Part shown: positions 48,096 to 57,875 of the stretch, piece after piece
How the letters are laid out: every line of letters begins with the position of its first letter
How positions within the stretch are numbered: position 1 is the first letter of the stretch
The notes under the pieces: generated by a model
What the model saw: only the letters and a program-made list of their open reading frames with translations
What the model was told of the DNA's origin: nothing
The model's database searches: none
Made by a program: the position numbers and the translations under genes
Origin: a virus
Taxonomy: Duplodnaviria; Caudoviricetes
IMG/VR virus record: IMGVR_UViG_2884366220_000001
Span: 1 to 64,000 of that record
Direction: 5' to 3' (one strand)
Length of the DNA stretch: 64,000 nt

Positions 48096-48135
48096 AAAGA
48101 GAGCCGTCCGTTTACTAAATCGGGCGGCTCTCTTT
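48096..48135 (+). terminator. Bidirectional terminator
   Basis: AAAGAGAGCCGTCCG...CGGGCGGCTCTCTTT. Confidence 0.8.
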
Positions 48136-48177
48136 ACGCATCGAACCGTATTTTTCGGATTCAACCAAAAACTGTTT

Positions 48178-48849
48178 ATGAAACAATTTTTCACACTAGT
48201 AACGATTGCTTTATCTATAACTAGCTGTACCCTCTATCAGCCCCGCGTTGTTGATTGGCAAGATCCCTTTACAGGGCAAAAGTCACGTACTATGTCGGTT
48301 GGCGAGTCCGACCAGTCAATACTATTAGCCAGTATCGCCAATGCGGGACGCCCTTATTACGCTCCTGCCATTCGTCCGCTCGCTATCAATACGCTGATTG
48401 GTATCGGTATTAGTGAAGGGGACACGGCTATGACGTTTGCCCAAGCAACCATTGACCGTAAGTACGATGTACCCGAAAACGGTACGATTGCTGTCAAATT
48501 TGTCGGTCCTAAGCGGGGCGGTTCCGGCGGTACGATTATCTATCTGCCGTTAGTCCGTAAATATCATACTTCAGCAGGGTCGTTGCGGGTGGTCGGTAAA
48601 GTAAACGGGGCAGCCATGCGGGAGCTGGAACGCGGGGAAATCGAGATTGTGCGTGTAGAACCAGTCGTCGTCAACGAGTCTGATCCCGGCCCACTCGATT
48701 GGGTGCCCGGTCCCGATTATGCACAAGCCTTTCAGAAAGGTGTACCAATGTTGCTCAGTAAGAAAGTGCGGGCTAAAAGCTACGAGCCGCAGGAAACACC
48801 GCGTGATGACCGAGGATTGCTTCGGAGAATGAGCAAGAAAAAAAAATAA
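48178..48849 (+). CDS. Lipoprotein moron
   Basis: MKQFFTLVTIALSITS|C lipobox; TATTTTTCG -7-like box upstream. Confidence 0.75.
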   Translation: MKQFFTLVTIALSITSCTLYQPRVVDWQDPFTGQKSRTMSVGESDQSILLASIANAGRPYYAPAIRPLAINTLIGIGISEGDTAMTFAQATIDRKYDVPENGTIAVKFVGPKRGGSGGTIIYLPLVRKYHTSAGSLRVVGKVNGAAMRELERGEIEIVRVEPVVVNESDPGPLDWVPGPDYAQAFQKGVPMLLSKKVRAKSYEPQETPRDDRGLLRRMSKKKK

Positions 48850-48899
48850 AGGAGCAGGCCGGTCGCATTGACCGGCCTGCTTGCGTTTATCGATGTTTG

Positions 48900-49238
48900 T
48901 CACTCGGCAGTCCAAACGTGGTACTGTTTCCAGCGCATGCCGAACTGCCTGCCCAGCGCGTCAACTGCTTCATGAATCCGTATCACATTCAATGGATATT
49001 CTTCCGTACCCGTGTAGGTAACGTGAAACTGGTACTGGTTGAGTTTGGTGTCTTTGCTGTCGATCTCCTCTTCGGTGAAAATTGTCCCATCGATCTCAAC
49101 ATGAAAGCTTACGGTTGAATCAAGGCTAATACCCAGCGAGCGTAGCCGGGGCTGTATGTGCAGCTGGTGTACCCGCAAGTCGGCGGCCGTGCCTGTGAAA
49201 CTGTCGTAGAGTTGAAAATGGTAGTGTGTCAGCATCAT
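48900..49238 (-). CDS. Hypothetical protein
   Basis: ATG ORF downstream of kinase. Confidence 0.55.
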   Translation of the reverse strand: MMLTHYHFQLYDSFTGTAADLRVHQLHIQPRLRSLGISLDSTVSFHVEIDGTIFTEEEIDSKDTKLNQYQFHVTYTGTEEYPLNVIRIHEAVDALGRQFGMRWKQYHVWTAE

Positions 49239-49314
49239 CCATCGCTTACCGGATTTGATAAAAAAGTTTTTTAGTACTTTTTAACGCGTCGACCGTCGGT
49301 GGTGTGCGTAGCCG

Positions 49315-51408
49315 TCAAACAGGTAGGTACACGCTGAAGGTGGCTCCTTGCCCCGGCTGACTACTGGCCGTAATGGCGCCCCCGTGATTGGTTATCACTT
49401 TCTCGCAGATGGCCAGGCCCACGCCCGTCCCCTCATACTGGCTCTTGCCGTGCAGCCGCTGAAAGACCTGAAAGATGCGGTCCAGGTACTTCTCCTCGAA
49501 GCCAATGCCGTTATCGACTACCTCAATGCGTTCGTAGTAGGCCGTTCGCCGGATGGGCCTGACGGATGGTGGTAACTCCACGGCGTTTATTCGCTGACTG
49601 CGGATCTGAATACGGGGCTCGACCCCGGGCCGACGGAACTTGAGGGCGTTACTAATCAGGTTTTGAAACAATTGGCCCAGCTGGGAGGTATCACCCGGTA
49701 CCGTCGGAAGCTCGTCGATTTGCACCTGGGCACCCGTATTGGTAATCGCCATGTCCAGTACGTCCAGCACGTTGTTGATTAGTACCCGGAGGGATACTGT
49801 GTCATCGCTATTGCGCTGAGTGGAAATGCGTGAGAAGCTCAAAAGGTCCCGAATCAGCGTCGACATCCGGCCAGCCGCCACCCGCATCCGCTCCAGATAA
49901 CCTAACTCTTCGGCACCAATCGAGTCGCCCAGGCGTGTTTTGAGCAGATCGCCAAACTGCTGAATCTTGCGCAGGGGTTCCTGCAAGTCGTGGCTGGCCA
50001 CGTAGGCGAAGGTTTGCAGGTTGTCGTTGGAGCGGACCAGCAGGCTATTCGACTCTTCCAGTTCTTCGTTGATCGAAACATATTCTTCATTGGAGGCACC
50101 CAGTTCTTCATTGATGGCGGCTAACTCCTCGTTTGAGGCAATCAACTCTTCGTTTGCCGCAGCCAGCTCATCGGTACGCTCCTGCACCTGCTGCTCTAAA
50201 AACAGTTGCTGCTCCCGCTGGATGGTTATGTCCTGAGCGGTGCCTTCCAGCCTGACCGGATTCCCGGCAACATCGGTATAAACCCGGCCCAGGGCGTGAA
50301 TGATGACTTGCTGTCCAGTCCGGGCGTGAACGATTGAATGGACCACGTCGTAGCGCCCGTCTAAGCCCGGCCGCAGGGCGTTTGCCAGACTATCGCGTAC
50401 CAGCCCGCGGTCAGCCTGGCCCACCCCGTTGATAAACGCTTCTGCGTCAGCGGCCAGGCTTTCGAAGCCAAACCAGCTGGCTACGCGGGGGGAGGTGGTG
50501 ATGACCTGGGTGGTTACGTCCACGCTAAACGTGCCTAGTTCGGCCAGTTCGACGGCGCTGTTTAAGACCGCTTCTTTCTCCGCCAGGGCCTGCTGGGCCA
50601 GAACCTGCTCGGTGACGTCAATGGCAATATCGAGGATGGCGTACACCTGACCGGTGACGTCCCGAATGGGCGTGTAGGAAATGTTGTAATAATTGTCGTT
50701 GAGTACCCCGTTCTGCACAATCTTGACCAGCGATGCCGGAGATATAAACGGCACACCCGTAGTGAACACCTCGTCCAGAATGGTCAGGAAGGGCTGTCCC
50801 TCGCTAAGCAGTTCGGGCATGGCTTCCCGCAGGGGTAAGCCTTCCACGCCGGGGCCCTTACCGACAATATCAATAAAGGTCTGGTTGGGGTATTCGATCA
50901 CCAGATCGCGCCCCACGAAAAGGCCGATACCAGCGGGGGCTGCCGCAATCAGGCTCCGCAACTTGGCTTCGCTCTCCTCCAGTTTCCGGTGAGCTACCAC
51001 CTGCTGAGTCACTTCCTGAGCCACACCCGCAAGGCGCTGTAAATCACCAGCCGCTGTGAAATAAGCTCTTCCTTGAAAACGTACCCACCGCACCACTCCA
51101 TCATCTACCCCAATGGTGCGATAGGTCTGGTCATAGATCCCATCTGACTGAGGATCTAGTGACTGCTCTACAGCTGCGTTAACGCGCTGCATATCATCGG
51201 GATGAATATACTGAATCGCCTGCTCGTAGGGAATGAAATTGGTTTCAGCAATTCCGTACAGGGCCTGGCTCCGCTTGTCCCAATTGACCAGACCTGAGAC
51301 TGGATCAAAATCCCAGACGCCGAGTCCGGCTGCTTGAAGGACAAAATCAATGTCTAACTGCTGGTGTAAGTTGCGGGAGGAATCAAACGACGATTGGTGG
51401 TCGGTCAT
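49315..51408 (-). CDS. Cytoplasmic multi-PAS sensor histidine kinase
   Basis: PAS/PAC repeats, NEEL heptads, ASHDLQEPLRK H-box, NLISNALKF, DNGIG and GTGVGL. Confidence 0.95.
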   Translation of the reverse strand: MTDHQSSFDSSRNLHQQLDIDFVLQAAGLGVWDFDPVSGLVNWDKRSQALYGIAETNFIPYEQAIQYIHPDDMQRVNAAVEQSLDPQSDGIYDQTYRTIGVDDGVVRWVRFQGRAYFTAAGDLQRLAGVAQEVTQQVVAHRKLEESEAKLRSLIAAAPAGIGLFVGRDLVIEYPNQTFIDIVGKGPGVEGLPLREAMPELLSEGQPFLTILDEVFTTGVPFISPASLVKIVQNGVLNDNYYNISYTPIRDVTGQVYAILDIAIDVTEQVLAQQALAEKEAVLNSAVELAELGTFSVDVTTQVITTSPRVASWFGFESLAADAEAFINGVGQADRGLVRDSLANALRPGLDGRYDVVHSIVHARTGQQVIIHALGRVYTDVAGNPVRLEGTAQDITIQREQQLFLEQQVQERTDELAAANEELIASNEELAAINEELGASNEEYVSINEELEESNSLLVRSNDNLQTFAYVASHDLQEPLRKIQQFGDLLKTRLGDSIGAEELGYLERMRVAAGRMSTLIRDLLSFSRISTQRNSDDTVSLRVLINNVLDVLDMAITNTGAQVQIDELPTVPGDTSQLGQLFQNLISNALKFRRPGVEPRIQIRSQRINAVELPPSVRPIRRTAYYERIEVVDNGIGFEEKYLDRIFQVFQRLHGKSQYEGTGVGLAICEKVITNHGGAITASSQPGQGATFSVYLPV

Positions 51409-51603
51409 AGGTATCGGAGTGCATAGTTGGCACTACGTAGGTGAACAAATTCGATGAAAGGGTACCTGCCAGCCGCGCGTATATAGTATGCAGTAGAGAC
51501 ACGGCTGGTTGTTTAGGAGTGACGCGAATGAAGTCACAGCAGTAGATAAGCTTCGTCAAGGGTGTTGCCGGTACACAAGGCCCGGCCATTAGACCAGGCT
51601 TTC

Positions 51604-51762
51604 TTATTTCTTATCTATCGTTGCTTCAAGTATTCGACTCAACTCATCTCCTGCAATATCGGCTAGACTGGTCCTCTCTGCCTTGTTCTTCTTTCTGATA
51701 AGCTGTAATTCCAGCAGTTTATCGTGAGCCTTATCCGTGATTGCAATTGTCAGCTTTTTCAT
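51604..51762 (-). CDS. Small ribbon-helix-helix-like regulator (52 aa)
   Basis: Translated by hand: MKKLTIAITDKAHDKLLELQ...SLADIAGDELSRIL; divergent from KilA-N. Confidence 0.6.
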   Translation of the reverse strand: MKKLTIAITDKAHDKLLELQLIRKKNKAERTSLADIAGDELSRILEATIDKK

Positions 51763-51867
51763 GGCGCTAATCTATTACTATGAGTTGTAGTAAAAAATAG
51801 TTAATAAAACATTTTGTTGCTAACTATAGATTGTTGTGATTTGTGACAATTACAACAATCTATAGTT

Positions 51868-52476
51868 ATGAATAGTCAAATAATCAAGTTCTCTTACGAA
51901 GGACAGGAGGTCGAGTTCGACACTAGTGATCCAAAACTGATGGTTAATGCAACCGAGGTGGCAAAAATTTTCGGCAAGCTAACGGCCGATTTTTTTCGCT
52001 TGGATCAGACTAAAGCATTCATCAACGAGTGTCTGAATTATGGGAATTCCCATAATTCAGACGGCGAAAAAAACGGGCATTCCCGTTTTTTAGGTATCAA
52101 TAACCAAGATGATTTATACACGTCACGACGACGCTCTGGCACATGGATGCACCGAATTCTTGCGCTAAAATTTGCTGCCTGGCTTGACCCACGCTTTGAA
52201 TTATGGGTGTACCTGACCATCGATCAAATTATCCAAGGTCAGCATCCTCTACCAATTGAGCTACTGGCCGAGCGAAAGCAGATTCTGAACGAACGCAATT
52301 TCGATGTAGAAGAGGCCAAACGAACGGAAGCTGAATTGTTGGAGAGCGATGTATTCCGTCGCTGGCAGGAACAACAAGGCCGAATCAAGTCAAGCAATAC
52401 GAAGCTAAAAGCCTTTGACAGAAAGGTGATGGTTCAACTGGATATGTTTTCTAAGCCGCCAGTCAAGCAGGAGTAA
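51868..52476 (+). CDS. KilA-N domain DNA-binding protein (antirepressor-like)
   Basis: MVNATEVAKIFGK, GTWMHRILALKFAAWLDPRFELWV. Confidence 0.9.
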   Translation: MNSQIIKFSYEGQEVEFDTSDPKLMVNATEVAKIFGKLTADFFRLDQTKAFINECLNYGNSHNSDGEKNGHSRFLGINNQDDLYTSRRRSGTWMHRILALKFAAWLDPRFELWVYLTIDQIIQGQHPLPIELLAERKQILNERNFDVEEAKRTEAELLESDVFRRWQEQQGRIKSSNTKLKAFDRKVMVQLDMFSKPPVKQE

Positions 52477-52638
52477 ATTGAAAAAAAGAGGGGAGTTTTA
52501 ACCTTAGGGTTAAAACTCCCCTTGGCGGAAGGCATATTACTTACTCTTAGGAGTAAGTAATAAAAAAAGCCCGGCTGCTCGAACAGCCGGGCCAGAAGTC
52601 AAACCGAAGTTTAACCACTCATTGAGCGTATCAAATTT

Positions 52639-52926
52639 ATGACTAATTACTTTAAGGGCAACGCGCCCATCATGTTCCAGCACCCGACTTCGGGCAAGCA
52701 TGTCAACATCGAGCCCATGCTGCGGGCCATGTTCGAACTCTCCGATCAGGCGCAGGCTCAGCGCGATACGCCCCAAGTACTAGCCGAACTGGTCGAAAAT
52801 GCCATCCGGATGCTAGGTACGCGGGTGCCGGCGATGGAAGCCGATCAGGCCGTCGATTACAACCAGACCATGACGCAGCTTTATGACCTGCGCGATATGT
52901 TCAACGCCATGTTTGTCACCCAATAA
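52639..52926 (+). CDS. Hypothetical protein, paralogue of 53250
   Basis: VNIEPML...AIRML...LYDLRDMF. Confidence 0.65.
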   Translation: MTNYFKGNAPIMFQHPTSGKHVNIEPMLRAMFELSDQAQAQRDTPQVLAELVENAIRMLGTRVPAMEADQAVDYNQTMTQLYDLRDMFNAMFVTQ

Positions 52927-52938
52927 TCCACCGGTATC

Positions 52939-53094
52939 ATGGCTAAAAACACCACCAGAGCGCAGGTTGAAGGGCAGATTGCCCGCCTGGAGCAGAAGCT
53001 CATCATTATGAAAAGCAAGGCCGATCTGCTCAGCAAGGGCATTACCTATACGGAGGAGAAACTAAGCAAACTCCGCCAGCAGCTGACTACGTAA
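52939..53094 (+). CDS. Small coiled-coil protein (51 aa)
   Basis: Translated by hand: MAKNTTRAQVEGQIARLEQKL... Confidence 0.55.
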   Translation: MAKNTTRAQVEGQIARLEQKLIIMKSKADLLSKGITYTEEKLSKLRQQLTT

Positions 53095-53249
53095 TCAAAA
53101 ACCGCCCCCAGTAGCAACGAACCCGGTCAACTGGCTGGGTTCGTTTCATTTGGCTATTTCAAGTAAACGATATATAAAAACTAAAACATATTGAATATTA
53201 TTGCTGTACAAACATTAATACGTTTTAATTCACTAGCAGTGCTCCGCGT

Positions 53250-53531
53250 ATGCGTACAACCGATCCCACCCGGGTTTCTGAGCCCCAAACCAACCTGCGT
53301 GTCGATGTCGAACCCTTCCTGACGCTTCTAAACCAACTCGACATGCCCCCCGGCTCGCCCATCGGCGCAGGCGGAGCGGCCCTGATCCGCCAGACCATCC
53401 GCGTACTGACCACCTCCGTCATCGACCCGCAGGTACACTCACCCGTCGACATGGCTAATCTGTACGCCGACCTGCACAAACTCGAGGATATGTTTCTGGC
53501 TACTACCAGCCAGCCGCAGGATAACGAGTGA
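53250..53531 (+). CDS. Hypothetical protein, paralogue of 52639
   Basis: VDVEPFL...TIRVL...LHKLEDMF. Confidence 0.6.
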   Translation: MRTTDPTRVSEPQTNLRVDVEPFLTLLNQLDMPPGSPIGAGGAALIRQTIRVLTTSVIDPQVHSPVDMANLYADLHKLEDMFLATTSQPQDNE

Positions 53532-53567
53532 AACCGAAGCCTGGCAACCGCCGGGCTGTTTTTGTTT

Positions 53568-53593
53568 TCAGGGGAATCAGGGACATCAGGGGG
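53568..53593 (+). repeat. Second TCAGGG iteron cluster
   Basis: TCAGGG at 53568, 53577 and 53586. Confidence 0.6.
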
Positions 53594-53723
53594 CGCTTTT
53601 TTTATATAATCGACTGCCTGCTATTTATTTTCTACGCCGGGTTGGCCCGGTTGTCGTGCCTTATCGGTCGGTGTGGTCTGTTGTTGTATATTTGGTTTTC
53701 TTTCTACGACCGTACCTACCGTA

Positions 53724-56135
53724 ATGGCTGATCTGACTAACTCGCCCGAGTCTACGTTTGAAGCTGAAAATAGACGACTGACCTTTGCCCTGGCAGCGGC
53801 CGGGGTAGGGACCTGGGACCTGGATATTGCCAACCAGCGTGTCTGGTGGGACGACCGTTGTAAGCAGCTCTACGGCGTCGAGCGGGAATACGTGGTGCCT
53901 TATCAGGATGTACTATCGTACATACACCCCGATGACCGGGCGCGTGTCGATCAGGCGGTGCAGCGCGCCATTCAGCCGGCCTCCGGCGGGGCCTACGACA
54001 TTGAGTTTCGCACGGCCGGTGCTGGCAAGAAGCCGCTGCGCTGGCTGCACTGCCGGGGGCAGGCTTATTTTGATCCGCAGGGCCAGCCAATCCGGTTCGC
54101 CGGCACCGCACAGGACATAACCGAACGGATACTGGCCGAGCAAAGGACAGCCTCCGCCCAGCAGCAGATCCTGCATTCGTTTGCCGAATCGCCGGTTGGT
54201 ATTGCCCTTATCGATCGGCATGAACTAAGGTTTCAAATGGCTAACGCCTTATATGGGCGGCTGGTGGGCCGGGAGCCCGACCAGCTGGTAGGTAAGCCGC
54301 TGCTGGAGGCCTTGCCTGAACTGAAGGGCCAGGGTTTCGATGACCTACTCCGGCAGGTGCTGGCCAGCGGCACCCCGTTCGCGGCCAGCGAAGTCGCCGT
54401 CGATTTGATTCGGCAGGGTCAGCTCGAAACGATCTACGTTGATTTTAACTACCAGCCCCGGCGGGAAGCCGGTACGATTGTGGGTGTACTGGTTGTCGCT
54501 ACGGACGTAACCAGCCAGGTACGATCCCGGCGGGTTATCGAGCAGAAAGAAAGTCAGCTGCGTAGTCTGGTCGACAGTGCGCCCTTTCCGATCGGCGTGT
54601 ACGTAGGTCCCTACCTAACGATTCAGCTGGCCAATTCTGCCCTGATCGCTATCTGGGGTAAGGGATCCGACGTAATTGGCAGACCGTACGCGGAGGTCCT
54701 GCCTGAACTAAATCCGGCTATCATCGCCCAGTTACTGGGGGTCTATGCCACCGGGCAACCCGTTTACCAGCGGGGTCAGCGCATCGATCTGCTGGTGGAC
54801 GGGCAGTGGCAATCGATGTATTTCGATTACAGCTTTACCCCCCTGCGGGATGACGATAACCAGGTATATGGGGTTATGAGTACGGCGTTCGATGTAACGC
54901 CTGCTATTCAGGTTCGGCAGGCCCTGCAACGCAGTGAACAGCGGTTTCGGGCCCTGGTGGAAGAAGCCCCCGTGGCTACCTGCCTGTTTACCGGACCTAC
55001 GATGCAGATCGAAGTGGCCAATCGGCCCATGATTGCTGTATGGGGTAAAGATGAGTCCGTACTAGGCAAAGCCCTCGTCGACGCGGTACCGGAACTGAAG
55101 GGGCAGCCCTTTCTGGCTATACTGGATGAGGTATTCAGAACGGGGCAGCCTTACTCGTCCCGCAACGCCCGGGCGGAACTGGAAGTCGACGGTGTGCTGG
55201 GTACCTACTACTTCGACTTCGTATACAAGCCCCTGGTTGATTCGACCGGTGTGGTGTACGGTATCATGGACATGGCCATTGACGTTACCGAGCAGGTACT
55301 GGCCCACCAGGCGATCGAAGCGAGCGAAAGTCGTTACCGGCTGCTGGCTGCCGAACTGGACCAGCGCGTAACTGAACGCACCCAGGAGCTGCTCCACGCT
55401 AATCAGGACCTGAGCCGATCCAATGAGAACCTACTACAGTTTGCCTACATTGCCAGTCACGATTTGCAGGAGCCACTGCGTAAGATTCAATCCTTCAGTA
55501 CGTTGCTGGAAGAGCGTTTCGGCGCCAACCTGGGCGAGGACGGGCGTGACCTGCTGGAACGGATGCGTTCGGCAGGGTCCCGGATGTCGCAATTAATTAA
55601 AGATTTGCTCGTCTTTTCCCGCATTTCAACGCGTCAGCAAGCCTTTGGGTTGGTATCACTCAGCGACATCATGAAGGCTGTATTGACGACACTGGAGCTT
55701 TTGATTGACGAACGCGATGCTCAGGTGGCTATCGGCGATCTGCCCGTGATTAATGGCGACGAGTCGCAACTGAGCCAGCTCCTGCAGAACCTGTTGACCA
55801 ACGCCCTGAAATTTACCCGGCCCGACCAGCGGCCGGTGATCACCGTGACGGCTTGCCGTTGCGAACGTAGTGCACTGCCGGTTCAGTTGCGCCCAAACAG
55901 TCCGGTTAACCAGTTTTGGCAGCTCGACGTAACCGATCAGGGTATCGGTTTCGAGCAGAAATACACGGATCGTATTTTCCAGGTTTTTCAACGCCTGCAT
56001 GGGAAACAGCAGTATGCCGGAACGGGCGTAGGCCTGGCAATCTGCCAGCGCGTAGTCGAAAATCATGGCGGTTGTATCGTCGCCCGCAGTGAACCGGGGC
56101 AAGGTGCAACATTCACCGTTTACCTACCTGCCTAA
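53724..56135 (+). CDS. Cytoplasmic multi-PAS sensor histidine kinase
   Basis: Four PAS domains, ASHDLQEPLRK, NLLTNALKF and GTGVGL. Confidence 0.95.
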   Translation: MADLTNSPESTFEAENRRLTFALAAAGVGTWDLDIANQRVWWDDRCKQLYGVEREYVVPYQDVLSYIHPDDRARVDQAVQRAIQPASGGAYDIEFRTAGAGKKPLRWLHCRGQAYFDPQGQPIRFAGTAQDITERILAEQRTASAQQQILHSFAESPVGIALIDRHELRFQMANALYGRLVGREPDQLVGKPLLEALPELKGQGFDDLLRQVLASGTPFAASEVAVDLIRQGQLETIYVDFNYQPRREAGTIVGVLVVATDVTSQVRSRRVIEQKESQLRSLVDSAPFPIGVYVGPYLTIQLANSALIAIWGKGSDVIGRPYAEVLPELNPAIIAQLLGVYATGQPVYQRGQRIDLLVDGQWQSMYFDYSFTPLRDDDNQVYGVMSTAFDVTPAIQVRQALQRSEQRFRALVEEAPVATCLFTGPTMQIEVANRPMIAVWGKDESVLGKALVDAVPELKGQPFLAILDEVFRTGQPYSSRNARAELEVDGVLGTYYFDFVYKPLVDSTGVVYGIMDMAIDVTEQVLAHQAIEASESRYRLLAAELDQRVTERTQELLHANQDLSRSNENLLQFAYIASHDLQEPLRKIQSFSTLLEERFGANLGEDGRDLLERMRSAGSRMSQLIKDLLVFSRISTRQQAFGLVSLSDIMKAVLTTLELLIDERDAQVAIGDLPVINGDESQLSQLLQNLLTNALKFTRPDQRPVITVTACRCERSALPVQLRPNSPVNQFWQLDVTDQGIGFEQKYTDRIFQVFQRLHGKQQYAGTGVGLAICQRVVENHGGCIVARSEPGQGATFTVYLPA

Positions 56136-56277
56136 CCAACAAAATGGTTGCCTGGCAGCTGCATCCATTAAGTAATGGCGGGGGCAGTGCCTATTAAAAG
56201 TAAACTGTTAGGTAGGTAACGTTGTTAACCTAATTCACTCGCAGATATTTATCGGCTCAGTGAATTAACTGATCGAT

Positions 56278-56700
56278 ATGTATATGTCTATACACCCAAT
56301 TATCTTCGTCGACAATGATGAAGACGAGGATATGTTGATTGGTGGTATGCTTCGGGATCTTGCGCCGACTCATCCATTACTTCGTTTTTCTACGGCTGCC
56401 GCAGCCTTGGCCCATTTGAAGGTGGGTAATTCCCAGCCCTTTCTGATCCTTTGCGAAATCAACCTGCCGGGCATGAATGGCTTGGAATTACGGAAGGCTC
56501 TGCTGGCCGATGAGAAGCTAAGGAAAAAAGCAATTCCGTTTATTTTCCTGACCAATCCAATCAGTCCGGTCACTGTTGAAGAGGTTTACGAATTGCAGGT
56601 CCAGGGCTTGCTGGAGAAAAAGCTAACGTTAACTGAGCAGCGCCACGATCTCCAGTTAATCATTGCTTATTGGTCCCACTGCCGACGTCCCAATACATAA
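56278..56700 (+). CDS. Single-domain response regulator with Glu at the phosphoacceptor position
   Basis: IIFVDNDED...FLILCEINLPGMNG...IPFIFLT. Confidence 0.88.
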   Translation: MYMSIHPIIFVDNDEDEDMLIGGMLRDLAPTHPLLRFSTAAAALAHLKVGNSQPFLILCEINLPGMNGLELRKALLADEKLRKKAIPFIFLTNPISPVTVEEVYELQVQGLLEKKLTLTEQRHDLQLIIAYWSHCRRPNT

Positions 56701-56762
56701 TCGTAAGCTTAGCCCGACCATTCATTTTCCCTACCTTGTAGCTAGCTAACGAACCAAAGTCA

Positions 56763-57002
56763 ATGGAAAAGAGCCGGGTTTATCAATCGCAGGTCAATAC
56801 AGGGCTCAGCCAACTGGCCGAGCGGGCTGAAGAACTAACGATCAGACACAGCGTGCGGGAAAACGTACAGCTGACTGGTGAACAGGAGGCTTTCGGTGTA
56901 ATCGGACTAACAGGCATAAACCTTTGTTTCGTGCGAAGTGACCCCAAGAAATGGACACTCGATTTAGATAAGCACACGGTTATACAAGACAATAGCTTAT
57001 AG
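56763..57002 (+). CDS. Hypothetical protein
   Basis: ATG ORF with TACCTTGT -7-like box upstream. Confidence 0.45.
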   Translation: MEKSRVYQSQVNTGLSQLAERAEELTIRHSVRENVQLTGEQEAFGVIGLTGINLCFVRSDPKKWTLDLDKHTVIQDNSL

Positions 57003-57070
57003 AGCCGGTCTTTAACTGCCAATCGGCAGTATTGCCTGGTGTTGTGGAAGCCCTCCTGATCTTGAACAGG

Positions 57071-57406
57071 CTACTCACTGAGCACAAAGGTTACTGTTCG
57101 TAATCCCCCATCGATACACCTGTCTTTGATGATCAGGCCCGTGTCTTCGTTAAAAAGGCGATCTCCAATGATGGGCAGGCTGCCAAAGCTTTTATGAAAG
57201 GCCCGAATACTGTTGAAACAAATTTCCAGCTGGGCCATGTATTCTATCGCTACATCGGCATCTTCGTACCAGTTAAGTGCCTTGGAGCGGTGCTTGATGC
57301 TGACCAGCATCCGCTCGGAAAATAAAAATTGGATATGCCACTTATCAATGATCCACCGGGTATCACGGTGGGTATCGACAACAGAACTCTGGTAGTCAGT
57401 ACGCAT
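57071..57406 (-). CDS. Hypothetical protein (probable start MRTDYQ)
   Basis: A-rich leader before the in-frame ATG. Confidence 0.55.
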   Translation of the reverse strand: MRTDYQSSVVDTHRDTRWIIDKWHIQFLFSERMLVSIKHRSKALNWYEDADVAIEYMAQLEICFNSIRAFHKSFGSLPIIGDRLFNEDTGLIIKDRCIDGGLRTVTFVLSE

Positions 57407-57875
57407 TTGATTTGATTGATTAAGTGAGAACGGGGTATTGAAAAAGGCGGTGTTAAGAGCTGGTTGTAGCCAGTAGTGCCGCTCCCAAACAGCCCGTTTA
57501 TAGCGCTGTAGTGGTCTCTTAAACTGGCTAGGAGACAGTGGGTCATCCACTGGTTTTGGCTGCAACTCATCTCTCTGGTCGACGGGGTTCGATACAATAA
57601 ACAGGGAGCTTACCTGGGCTGAAGCGCGCGTAAAGGTAAGAGGGGGCTTAAACGGCATATTCAGCGGTGATGAATTGTCTGCCGACGCAGGATTACAAAC
57701 CGCTGATACAACCATCTGCTGGTAAGGTGGATTAAAGGTACGCCTTATTTAGTAACTAAACGGCAAATAAATATATTCAGCCTATATAATTGGTAGAGAT
57801 GCTACGGGTACTAACTGTCTGCGTGGGGCGCAACACCGCAGGTGTCACGAAAAATTAGTTAGGCCTGGATAAGGC

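Noticed and set aside
53528-53731. 67-aa ORF (FRGIRDIRG)
   Set aside because: Translation of the terminator and iteron cluster
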